Positions 44,353-52,899 of a DNA stretch of 64,000 bases are shown in pieces. Each line of letters opens with the position of its first letter. Position 1 is the first letter of the stretch. The DNA lies in contig JAFRJM010000015.1 of NCBI GenBank assembly GCA_017432285.1, positions 19,955 to 83,954 on the forward strand, given 5' to 3'. Below the pieces are notes generated by a model. The model made no database searches. It was not told the DNA's origin and was given only the letters and a program-made list of their open reading frames with translations. The position numbers and the translations under genes were made by a program. Source of the stretch: Oscillospiraceae bacterium (GTDB taxonomy: Bacteria; Bacillota; Clostridia; Oscillospirales; Ruminococcaceae).

Positions 44353-45081
44353 TCAGACTCTTATAGCAAACGTCAGAAACGAGTCAAGCACAGCACTGTA
44401 ATCTCCAAGATCCGGCTCATCAGCTAAATATGTTCCTTCAGGCTGTTGTGCCAGCATTTTCTGTATCCTGACTGTCGCACTGTCATCGCCGTACACTATC
44501 AGTCTGGGAATGCGTTCAGCTTTCTCGATCATACTGTATGGATCGCTTGTTTCCATAACATCTTCAGACAGATAATCGTCCCCATAAATAGTCTCCATTT
44601 TGTGAACGAACTCTGCCGCACTGTGGAACTCATCATTAGCAAACACATCAAAATCCGTTCCGCAGCATCCAAACGTATCAGCCATGTCGGGAAGTCTCAG
44701 TGCCAGCCTGAAAGCGCCAAGTCCGCCCATGCCGAATCCAAATACGTAATTGTCCTCACTTTTGTCTGATATTGGGAAATTATCATAAAAGAATTTCGGA
44801 AGGGCATCAGACACAAAATCATACCATCTGAGTCCGCGGACCATGTTCTCATAGTCGGAATGAAGACCTTCAGGCATCACTATTGCTATGTCATACTTGC
44901 GGCACAGTGATTCTATATCACATTTTCTCACATAATAATTTGAGGACATCCCCTCTTCGCCAAGCAGCCATAACACAGGCCACTTTGCTCCTTCTTCCGG
45001 ATTGATATCGGGAAGAGCAATGGTTATTCTGGTAGAATTGTTCAATGCGGGAAATACTCCCCTGTAATTGATAACTGCCAT
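44353..45081 (-). CDS. Esterase-D-family paralogue lacking the catalytic Ser (predicted pseudo-esterase)
   Basis: Aligns with the upstream paralogue, but the nucleophile elbow reads 'FGFGMGGLGAF' (GGC Gly codon at 44731-44733) instead of G-x-S-M-G-G. The C-terminal His region ('GHGGHYYDTW' in the paralogue) is also not conserved. TAATG overlap with the upstream gene. Confidence 0.7.
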   Translation of the reverse strand: MAVINYRGVFPALNNSTRITIALPDINPEEGAKWPVLWLLGEEGMSSNYYVRKCDIESLCRKYDIAIVMPEGLHSDYENMVRGLRWYDFVSDALPKFFYDNFPISDKSEDNYVFGFGMGGLGAFRLALRLPDMADTFGCCGTDFDVFANDEFHSAAEFVHKMETIYGDDYLSEDVMETSDPYSMIEKAERIPRLIVYGDDSATVRIQKMLAQQPEGTYLADEPDLGDYSAVLDSFLTFAIRV

Positions 45082-45845
45082 TATTTATCCGCTCCTTCCA
45101 TGATATAATCCAGAGACTCCTCCATCATAGGATCCCATGTGTCATAGTAATGGCCGCCGTGACCTATCTTCGTGAACATCTTTACACCGATCTCATCAAA
45201 GATCTGTTTAAGACGCTCGTCTTCCGGCCCAGCATGCTCATTGTCACCCCAGCATAGTGACAGCCTGGGAAGCGGTGTCTGCTCGATCAAATGCTTTTTT
45301 GCTAGCCCGACAACATCTCCTACAGAATCCCTGTACGCCGCAGATGAACCAAATGCATCATAAAGTTCATGTCCGCCGCCATGTCTCCCGGCTTCAAGTA
45401 TGGACATGGTGTAAACCATATCTACAGGAGAACTGAACCCGCAGGCTCCATAGAATCTGTCAGGATGGTTCATGGCAAGCTTAAATGAACCATGTCCTCC
45501 CATCGAGATCCCCATGATAAAATTGTCATTTCTTTCTTTAGAAAGACATGTAAACAGCTTTGGCGCTTTTTCGACCACTTCTTCGACAAAAGAATAGCCT
45601 TTTTCACCATAAACCATATCAGTATATACACCAAGATATGAAGTCGGAGCTACGATAGCCATCCCTCTCTTTTCAGCATACAGGCATACGGAAGAATACA
45701 GAATCGCCTCGTGATTCTCAGCGAATGCGCCATGCAATAGCCACAGCACTTTGTAAGGCGGCTTGGTGTTCTTAGGCAGAAATACTGCAAATTCACCATC
45801 ACCGCCCAGAACGTCGGAATAGAATTCAACGGTAAAATATGACAT
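45081..45845 (-). CDS. Esterase-D/tributyrin-esterase family hydrolase
   Basis: 'YKVLWLLHGA', 'FIMGISMGGHGSFKLAM', C-terminal 'GHGGHYYDTW'. ATG 45845 has better spacing from GAGGG than ATG 45851. Confidence 0.8.
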   Translation of the reverse strand: MSYFTVEFYSDVLGGDGEFAVFLPKNTKPPYKVLWLLHGAFAENHEAILYSSVCLYAEKRGMAIVAPTSYLGVYTDMVYGEKGYSFVEEVVEKAPKLFTCLSKERNDNFIMGISMGGHGSFKLAMNHPDRFYGACGFSSPVDMVYTMSILEAGRHGGGHELYDAFGSSAAYRDSVGDVVGLAKKHLIEQTPLPRLSLCWGDNEHAGPEDERLKQIFDEIGVKMFTKIGHGGHYYDTWDPMMEESLDYIMEGADK

Positions 45846-46119
45846 GACCATCCCTCGCTAAAATATATGCATTATTGCAATTAATATTATGCTCTATTTT
45901 GATTAGAACTGAAAGACGAAATAATATATGACGCTCTTTTTTGATATTAGAAAGCCTCTTTTTCGTTATTTTCACGATAAACAACCGCTTCTGTTGTTGA
46001 ATGCTCCAAATCCGTATCTACATGATTATTATTGATTGTTTTTCCAGGTAAAACGATTAAAATTAAAAAGGTACTTATTAAGAAATAATGCATATATAAG
46101 ACTTAGGAGGACATCTCTA

Positions 46120-47532
46120 ATGGCAAACCTGCAGGATAAAATCTGCATCATCGGCGGCGGCCCTGCCGGCATTTCAGCTGCCATGTATCTTCAGAAAAAA
46201 GGTTATGAAAATTACACGATTTATGAAAAGCTCAACAAGGTGGGCGGAAAATCCTACTCTCCAAGGATCGCTGTAAATGGCGATGAGCGTTCATACGAAA
46301 CAGGCGCTATCATGGGTGCAGTCACTTATCACGCTGTCCATGAAGTGGAAGAATTCGGCGGAGTCACTCATGCGGATGGTCCTAACATGCGCAGGATGTA
46401 CAGGGATTCCTCCGGCAAGGAGATATTCCCGTTTGAGCCGAAGAAAGACTTCTCAATCGGCAAACTGATCGGTCTTCTTAAACTTAAGAGCCAGATGAAA
46501 AAACTGGTCAAGATCATGGAGACAAAGTATAAAGGCTATGATTGCTACGGCCATCGCGGCGTGGCACAGGGCAAATACTCCGGTCTTTCGAAGCAGCTTG
46601 ATAATGCTTTGGAGCTGATCGAAGGAGAAAACCCCAATCTGAAAGACCTCGCTCTTCCATTTGACGAATTCTGCAAACTCAACGGAGTAGAGGAAGTCAT
46701 GCGCATATGGCTTGGCCCGTACACCTCATTCGGCTATGGCTATTTCGACGAGATCCCGGCAGGATATGTAATGAAATATCTTGACACCACCACTGCGATT
46801 GAATTCATCAATATGCGTCTGTGGACCTGGAAGGAAGGCACACAGTCCATATACGTTGCTGCCAATAAGAAATTGCTGCATCCGGCAGTCCTTAACACTG
46901 AAGTTGTTAAAGTCGAGCGTCCTGCAGAAGGCACTGAAGGAAAGATCAAGGTCACCGTCCGCACAGAAGACGTAGAGCACACCGAGGAATTTGACAAGCT
47001 GATCGTTACGACACCTCTTGATTACTTTGCTAATTATGCTGACGCGCGTGAAGAAGAAAAAGAACTCTTCAGCAAGATCATCCATGAAAAATATGTTGAC
47101 TTTATTGCAACATTCGATAAAGATCAGGGTCCGACGATCTCCGGATACATCTTTGACAACATGGTTCCTGAGAGACTTGGACACGCGATGGTCTACTATC
47201 ACCGTTGGGAAGATCTTGAAGCCAATTGTCCAAGCGTAGTGTATGCGCTCCGCAACCATCAGGGCAGCGAAGACGCACCGTATGACTACACCATCGACAC
47301 GATGATGAAAGACATGAAAGCATGCGGATTCCCTGTCAAAGAGCGTCTCTATGAGCAGGAAACATATTATTGTCCGCACGTAAGTCCTAAGGATTACGCA
47401 GACGGCTGGTATGATAAGCTCGAAGCAATGCAGGGCAAGCAAAACACATATTACGGCGGCGAGATCATTAGCTTCGGTGATATGGAAGATACCTGCGCAG
47501 CTTCCAAAGACCTGGTTATGCGTTTCTTCTAA
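46120..47532 (+). CDS. FAD-dependent oxidoreductase/isomerase-like flavoprotein (amine-oxidase fold)
   Basis: 'KICIIGGGPAGISAAMYLQKKGYENYTIYEKLNKVGGK' dinucleotide-binding fold. AGGAGG 46105-46110 before ATG 46120; the ORF-track start 46036 is unsupported. Confidence 0.7.
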   Translation: MANLQDKICIIGGGPAGISAAMYLQKKGYENYTIYEKLNKVGGKSYSPRIAVNGDERSYETGAIMGAVTYHAVHEVEEFGGVTHADGPNMRRMYRDSSGKEIFPFEPKKDFSIGKLIGLLKLKSQMKKLVKIMETKYKGYDCYGHRGVAQGKYSGLSKQLDNALELIEGENPNLKDLALPFDEFCKLNGVEEVMRIWLGPYTSFGYGYFDEIPAGYVMKYLDTTTAIEFINMRLWTWKEGTQSIYVAANKKLLHPAVLNTEVVKVERPAEGTEGKIKVTVRTEDVEHTEEFDKLIVTTPLDYFANYADAREEEKELFSKIIHEKYVDFIATFDKDQGPTISGYIFDNMVPERLGHAMVYYHRWEDLEANCPSVVYALRNHQGSEDAPYDYTIDTMMKDMKACGFPVKERLYEQETYYCPHVSPKDYADGWYDKLEAMQGKQNTYYGGEIISFGDMEDTCAASKDLVMRFF

Positions 47533-47560
47533 GAAACTTTCCAAATATCTTATTATCAGC

Positions 47561-47596
47561 AAAGAGCTCGGCACTCACGAATGTGCCGAGCTCTTT
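47561..47596. terminator. Bidirectional terminator
   Basis: AAAGAGCTCGGCAC (47561-47574) / GTGCCGAGCTCTTT (47583-47596), perfect 14 bp; T-rich downstream. Confidence 0.8.
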
Positions 47597-47611
47597 CATA
47601 TTTTTCTTTCT

Positions 47612-48637
47612 TCAGTCTACAACTGCTTGTTCTGTTTCGGTTATCGCAAATACCGTAAGGAATAGCAATTCAAGATCCTCAGAGTCCGTCCAGCAGCGGT
47701 AATACATCTTCCCGTAAGGAACCACGATCTTATGCTGGGCTTCTTCATCCTCATGAACATAAATGCTGCTTGTCTCGATCCTGGCAAAAGCATTGCCGTT
47801 TTTCGTCACTTCATAAATGAAGTATGGGAACTTACTGTGCATGTCGGTTGAGATGCGGATCCCACGCTGGTGCAGAACATCCCAGATGTTCACTCCATCG
47901 AATTTGAATGTAGATTCTGCGGAGAAAAACTCATCATTGTATGTCGCAGTCACTGTGTGGCCCACCTCATGCTCTTCTACGGTACCTGTTGTGCGGTCAC
48001 TGAACTCAAAGACACGGGCTCCAACAAGAGAATTCTTCAGCATCTTTCCTACATACAGTTCTTTCCTGTCTGCATCTTCGATGATATATCCGGGTTTTAG
48101 AGCATTTCCGTCAAATCTGAAATAGTATTCCTCAACACCCGGAGCATTCTTGTATCCAGCGAAGTTCGAACGGACATCTGCGTCCTTTGTCGGAATAGCG
48201 TCATCCAACTCCTTGCTCTTTCTGAAAGCCTTAAGTGTGCGGAACAAACCAAATCCTATAGCTGCCACACCTGCAGCGATTATTAGAGGAGCTTCAAAAC
48301 CTGCACCCCTGCTGTTGGAGATCCTGTTCGGATCAGTGGGATCATAGTACACAGTTATCTCATCGCCGACGCTGAACGATCCTGAAAGATTTGAGAACGT
48401 TCCCTGAAGTTCCTTTCCGTCCGCTATATACGTGAAACTGACATCATATTCCTTATTGTTTTTATCTTCAGTCACATCCTCAACAGCTGTGATCTTTCCG
48501 GTAGTCTGAATGAAATCCTTAGTGTTGAATCCAAACATAAGGACTCCGAAGATAATAAGGAAAATCCCCAAGGGAATAAAGAATCTTGCTGGTCCGGTAT
48601 TTCTCATTAATCTTGCTATCTTGTTCTCGACTGACAT
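47612..48637 (-). CDS. DUF3592-like membrane protein with C-terminal beta-rich domain
   Basis: TM, then 'GKITAVEDVTEDKNNKEYDVSFTYIADGKELQGTF....GDEITVYYDPTDPNRIS', then a second TM (DUF3592 pattern). The ~200-aa C-terminal domain is unassigned. ATG 48637 follows AAGGAAG; the ORF-track start is TTG. Confidence 0.6.
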   Translation of the reverse strand: MSVENKIARLMRNTGPARFFIPLGIFLIIFGVLMFGFNTKDFIQTTGKITAVEDVTEDKNNKEYDVSFTYIADGKELQGTFSNLSGSFSVGDEITVYYDPTDPNRISNSRGAGFEAPLIIAAGVAAIGFGLFRTLKAFRKSKELDDAIPTKDADVRSNFAGYKNAPGVEEYYFRFDGNALKPGYIIEDADRKELYVGKMLKNSLVGARVFEFSDRTTGTVEEHEVGHTVTATYNDEFFSAESTFKFDGVNIWDVLHQRGIRISTDMHSKFPYFIYEVTKNGNAFARIETSSIYVHEDEEAQHKIVVPYGKMYYRCWTDSEDLELLFLTVFAITETEQAVVD

Positions 48638-48734
48638 TCTTGTCTTCCTTTCCAAAAACCCTGTCAACAGGTTTGTCGTTGTCTACCCTTGATTATTGTA
48701 AGAACAAGAATAAAGGCAGTCAATATCCAAATCG

Positions 48735-49724
48735 TCAGCAATCATATCTTGCAATATTTGCATATATGATCAGCTTCGTTACGCCGTGCCCGTCCATATA
48801 CACCTCTTCCAAGGGGCCCTCTTCCTCGGATGAGAAGAAACGGACCATCCACATGTCTTCTTCCTGGTCGCAGAAATACTGTATCAGTGTATATTCGATA
48901 GTTGCCTCCGCTTTTGCTCTCTCTACCGGTCCCGTCAGAATAACAGGTTCCGTGTTGACAAATCCCTCCGTTTTAACATGTTCCGCTGACATTTCATCGA
49001 TCTCTTCGAGTTCTCTTTCGATCTGTTTCCATGAGAAAGTTCCAAACTCTTTAAACCCTGGCAGCTCAGCCATTTTGAAATCTTTTCCTTCCAAAACCAT
49101 TTTCGCATCGAAAGATTCGCATTGACTGACTACTGTCTGATCCAGTTCTGCTATTACGAACCATCCGGCCATATCAGCTGTATATACTTCAGGATCATTA
49201 GTCTGATACACATTTATGCACATAGAACTGTCATACAGAGATACGGATTCTATATCAAATCTGAATGATCCGCTGCTCGATGACACATACACCATTACGA
49301 TAGAACATTCAGCAAAGAATCTATCATCATAGTAAGCTGTAACCTCGTTGAAAGATGGCTCGTCGTTATATCCTTGATCAAAAGTAAACTCGCCCTGAAA
49401 CTTATCTTTAAACTGATCTATTTCGCTTTTTGTTTCAAATTTATATACCGGCAGATGCCTTTGAGAACTTATTGCCATCTCTTCCGGATTCAGGCACGAT
49501 CTTATTATCCGATCATCTTCTGACCAATTGGCATAAGCGACTTTAGTTGCATACCAGCCAACACTTTCTTCCTGCCGGTCACCCTCACCCAAAACAACAT
49601 CATTGGATAGCTGATCGGGAACAACATCTTCCATCTGCTCTTGATCAGTCATTCCTGTTCTGCTGCATCCGGTCATAATAAGAATCATAATGATACAGAG
49701 AAATGACAGTATCTTCTTTCTCAT
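48735..49724 (-). CDS. Hypothetical lipoprotein
   Basis: Signal peptide/lipobox 'ILIMTGCS'. GGAGGTGA sits 6 nt before ATG 49724. Confidence 0.65.
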   Translation of the reverse strand: MRKKILSFLCIIMILIMTGCSRTGMTDQEQMEDVVPDQLSNDVVLGEGDRQEESVGWYATKVAYANWSEDDRIIRSCLNPEEMAISSQRHLPVYKFETKSEIDQFKDKFQGEFTFDQGYNDEPSFNEVTAYYDDRFFAECSIVMVYVSSSSGSFRFDIESVSLYDSSMCINVYQTNDPEVYTADMAGWFVIAELDQTVVSQCESFDAKMVLEGKDFKMAELPGFKEFGTFSWKQIERELEEIDEMSAEHVKTEGFVNTEPVILTGPVERAKAEATIEYTLIQYFCDQEEDMWMVRFFSSEEEGPLEEVYMDGHGVTKLIIYANIARYDC

Positions 49725-49820
49725 CACAAATCACCTCCGTACCTGTTAAACGATGAAAGTAATAATTATTCTCACACTGTTATATATGTGTTATTTCTGA
49801 TCGATTTTGTTTCCTTCTGA

Positions 49821-49857
49821 AAAGAGATCCTGATGAATTTTCCATCAGGACCTCTTT
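49821..49857 (-). terminator. Hairpin downstream of MATE gene
   Basis: AAAGAG-at-CCTGATG ... CATCAGG-ac-CTCTTT; weak U-tract. Confidence 0.4.
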
Positions 49858-49873
49858 TATATTAATTTGCATA

Positions 49874-51298
49874 TCACTCATCAGCTTCAACTGTGGTATT
49901 CGCCAATGAATCGGGCTGCATCAGGTATGCGATCCCTGATTTGCCGTATCCGTAATTGTCTCTGTTCAGATAGACCAGCGCTGCTGCTACAGCAAAGGAG
50001 AATAATTCCGCAACCGGGAACGCAAGCCATACGCCGACTTCTCCAAACAATCTTGGAAGTACCAGCAGCATTATCAGTCTGAATACAAAGTTCCTCATGG
50101 TAGACATCACTGCAGCATATTTCGGAGCGCCAAGTGCGACGAACATTCTCATGACAAGTATGCAGGCAGCTGATAACGGAACGGCAAAATACTCTATCGT
50201 AAGTCCTTCCATCGTCATATCGTATATCGCTGATGTTTCAGGATTAGGCAGAAATATGCTGATGAGCTGCCGCCTCAGGAGCTGGCCGAGAATAGTGAGA
50301 GTGAGCGTTCCGAAGAACCAGAATCTAAGATTATATCCGAGTATACGTTTAAGACGCTTCGGGTTCTTGTTTCCAAAGTTATAAGCTATAACCGGTCCTA
50401 CGCATCCCGCATATCCGACAAAAGCAGTGTTAAGCAGGATCCTGAGATCATTGATGATGGAGTTCGCCGCTATACCGTTTGAGCCAAGCATAGCAATAAG
50501 AGTCATGTTCGTTACATAGTGCGTAACGCTGATAGAAAGACTGCTGATAAACTGGGAGAAACCTGCCTGCCATGCTTTCCACGTAGTTTCAATGTATTTC
50601 CCTTTCGGTTTTGTAAAATGAATCTCATGCTTTTTGAATGCGTAGAACACAAATCCCAGCAGCATTACTGCTATTTCTCCGAAAATCGTGGAATAAGCGG
50701 CTCCATCCGCACCCATCTTCAGCCATACGATAAGGATGATGTCAAAGATAATGTTCATTGCTCCATTGAGGAAAGAGCTGACCAGTCCCATGACCGGTTT
50801 ACCTGCAGTTGAATAGTAACTGGAAAGACAAAGCCCTATAAGGTGCGGAGCGGCATCAGAATAAATGATCTTTGTGTAAGTCATCGCTATCGGCATCGTA
50901 GTCTCATCTGCTCCCAGGAACAGAAGGATCGGCTTTTCGAATATCAGGACCACCGCGGAAAAAAGCAGTCCCACTACACCGGCAGAAACAACTACTCTTG
51001 TAAAGATCCTGTTTGCTTCTTCCCTGTCTCCTTCTCCCATCTTGTGGGCAGACAAGGTACTTGCACCTATCGAGAACAAGTGCGAAAAGCCCATCAAGAT
51101 CGAGTTAACAGGAGTAATGATCTTAATCGATGCGAGCGCAGTCTCACCGACAAAACGGCTCACAAATAGCCCGTCGTCCAATGTCCTGAACATCGAAGTG
51201 ACAAGGTTCGTCATAATAGCCGGCACGCAAAACCATATCAGCTGCCAGAACGAGAAATCCTGCCCTATGCGTGCCTTTCTTTCATCATTTTTAGCCAT
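49874..51298 (-). CDS. MATE-family efflux transporter
   Basis: 474 aa, 12 predicted TM, with the typical MATE N-terminus 'FWQLIWFCVPAIMTNLVTSMFRTLDDGLFVSRFVG'. Confidence 0.85.
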   Translation of the reverse strand: MAKNDERKARIGQDFSFWQLIWFCVPAIMTNLVTSMFRTLDDGLFVSRFVGETALASIKIITPVNSILMGFSHLFSIGASTLSAHKMGEGDREEANRIFTRVVVSAGVVGLLFSAVVLIFEKPILLFLGADETTMPIAMTYTKIIYSDAAPHLIGLCLSSYYSTAGKPVMGLVSSFLNGAMNIIFDIILIVWLKMGADGAAYSTIFGEIAVMLLGFVFYAFKKHEIHFTKPKGKYIETTWKAWQAGFSQFISSLSISVTHYVTNMTLIAMLGSNGIAANSIINDLRILLNTAFVGYAGCVGPVIAYNFGNKNPKRLKRILGYNLRFWFFGTLTLTILGQLLRRQLISIFLPNPETSAIYDMTMEGLTIEYFAVPLSAACILVMRMFVALGAPKYAAVMSTMRNFVFRLIMLLVLPRLFGEVGVWLAFPVAELFSFAVAAALVYLNRDNYGYGKSGIAYLMQPDSLANTTVEADE

Positions 51299-51407
51299 TC
51301 ACCAATTCCCCGCATTTTTCATTATTATCCTATTAATATGGTAACATATATTCTTTTTCCAAATCTATATCAATGGTATCGAAACGACTATCAGATACAC
51401 AAAAACA

Positions 51408-51448
51408 GGGAACAAACTGTATTGTAATACAATTTTGTTCCCTTTTTT
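51408..51448. terminator. Terminator after aldo/keto reductase gene
   Basis: GGGAACAAA (51408-51416) / TTTGTTCCC (51434-51442); flanked by an A-run upstream and T6 downstream. Confidence 0.7.
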
Positions 51449-51475
51449 ATATGTATGCTTTCTATAAGAAATATC

Positions 51476-52444
51476 TCAGTGGTAGTTGAAGTAATTTCCT
51501 CTTATCTGTTTCCAGACCTCGTCGCACTCAGCCAACAGTTCCTCCGGTATCGGAGCCGCTTTATCTATAATATCCAGATTCTGCACGACATGGTTGTACT
51601 TGCTGGCACCTGAGATAACACTGTCTACTTCTTTTTTGGTAGCGAGCCAGGTAAGCGAGAATTCAAGAAGAGACATACCCGCTTTTTTAGCGATCTCGGT
51701 CAACTGGTCCACTGCATCAAGGTTATTATCGGTCCAATACCGTTTATTATATCCTGCATTGGTCGCAAGCCTGGAATCTGCTGCAGGACCGCTTCTGCTA
51801 TGTTTGCCTGAAAGAAGACCTGCGGCGATTGGGTTGTACACAGCCAGCCCCATGTTGTACTCACGAAGGAATGGCAGAAGCTCATCTTCTACACCGCGTG
51901 TAAGAAGATTGTACACGCTCTCCGTGATAACTGGAGCAATTGCGTTCATCTCTTTTGCTTTGTGTATAAAAGAGCAGCACTGCCATGCCCCATAGTTGCT
52001 GACACCGTAGTAGCGAACTTTTCCGCTTCGTACGAGCTGAGTCATCGTTTCGATAGTATCCTCGATCGGCGTCTCGTCATCCGGATGGTGCAGATAGAGC
52101 AGATCTATATAATCGGTGCGAAGATTCTTCAGGCTTTCATCAACATTCTGCAGAATGTGTTTTCTTCCGAGACCATACTGATTCGGAAGCGGTCCCTTTG
52201 GATTGCGTACCTTGGTGGCAATTACTGCGTTTTCACGCTTCCTCTCCAGAGCTTTTCCTACGATCTCTTCGCTTCTGCCGCCTGTGTACGTATCTGCTGT
52301 GTCGAAAAAATTGACACCGTTTTCAAACGCATAGTCGATGATCCGTATGGATTCTTCCTCGTCTGTCTGTCCTCCAAACATCATTGTACCAAGACAGAAT
52401 TTGGAAACTTTAAGACCTGTTCCCTTGATATTGCCGTATTCCAT
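51476..52444 (-). CDS. Aldo/keto reductase
   Basis: 322 aa. 'GLKVSKFCLGTMMFGG', 'NFFDTADTY', 'VRYYGVSNY'. GGAGGGA RBS. Confidence 0.9.
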   Translation of the reverse strand: MEYGNIKGTGLKVSKFCLGTMMFGGQTDEEESIRIIDYAFENGVNFFDTADTYTGGRSEEIVGKALERKRENAVIATKVRNPKGPLPNQYGLGRKHILQNVDESLKNLRTDYIDLLYLHHPDDETPIEDTIETMTQLVRSGKVRYYGVSNYGAWQCCSFIHKAKEMNAIAPVITESVYNLLTRGVEDELLPFLREYNMGLAVYNPIAAGLLSGKHSRSGPAADSRLATNAGYNKRYWTDNNLDAVDQLTEIAKKAGMSLLEFSLTWLATKKEVDSVISGASKYNHVVQNLDIIDKAAPIPEELLAECDEVWKQIRGNYFNYH

Positions 52445-52498
52445 AGTATTCCCTCCGATAAGGATTATTTGAAAATGTAATTCATTCTCTATAATTGC

Positions 52499-52873
52499 TC
52501 ATCCAAAATAATGTTTGTATGCATCATATCCAGTATGCACTGATTCATCTGGGTCATAGCTAAGTACGCTGTAAAACGGTTCCAATGAGTGGGCAGGATT
52601 GTATCCTTTGCTTCTGATCGACAGATATTCGTCTATCGTCTCCTGTTTCGATGCAATAATGATCCACTCGAAGCGATCTTTTTCAGGAAGATCAAGGTTC
52701 TCCTCGTGATAACTTATAAGACCATGATTATTGATGATACCTACAGCCTCCTCCGCAAACAGCAAATAATCATCATGACTGAGCGGAGGTGACAGCGCTA
52801 AACGCTTACATCCTCCTGCGACACATTCGCAGAAAGCTGTCAGCATCCCCATTACAAAAGATCTCTTATCCAT
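52499..52873 (-). CDS. Hypothetical protein
   Basis: 124 aa, no recognisable motif. Co-directional, 26 nt downstream of the ABC pair. Confidence 0.5.
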   Translation of the reverse strand: MDKRSFVMGMLTAFCECVAGGCKRLALSPPLSHDDYLLFAEEAVGIINNHGLISYHEENLDLPEKDRFEWIIIASKQETIDEYLSIRSKGYNPAHSLEPFYSVLSYDPDESVHTGYDAYKHYFG

Positions 52874-52899
52874 ATCATATACCTTATTGTTATTTGTTA

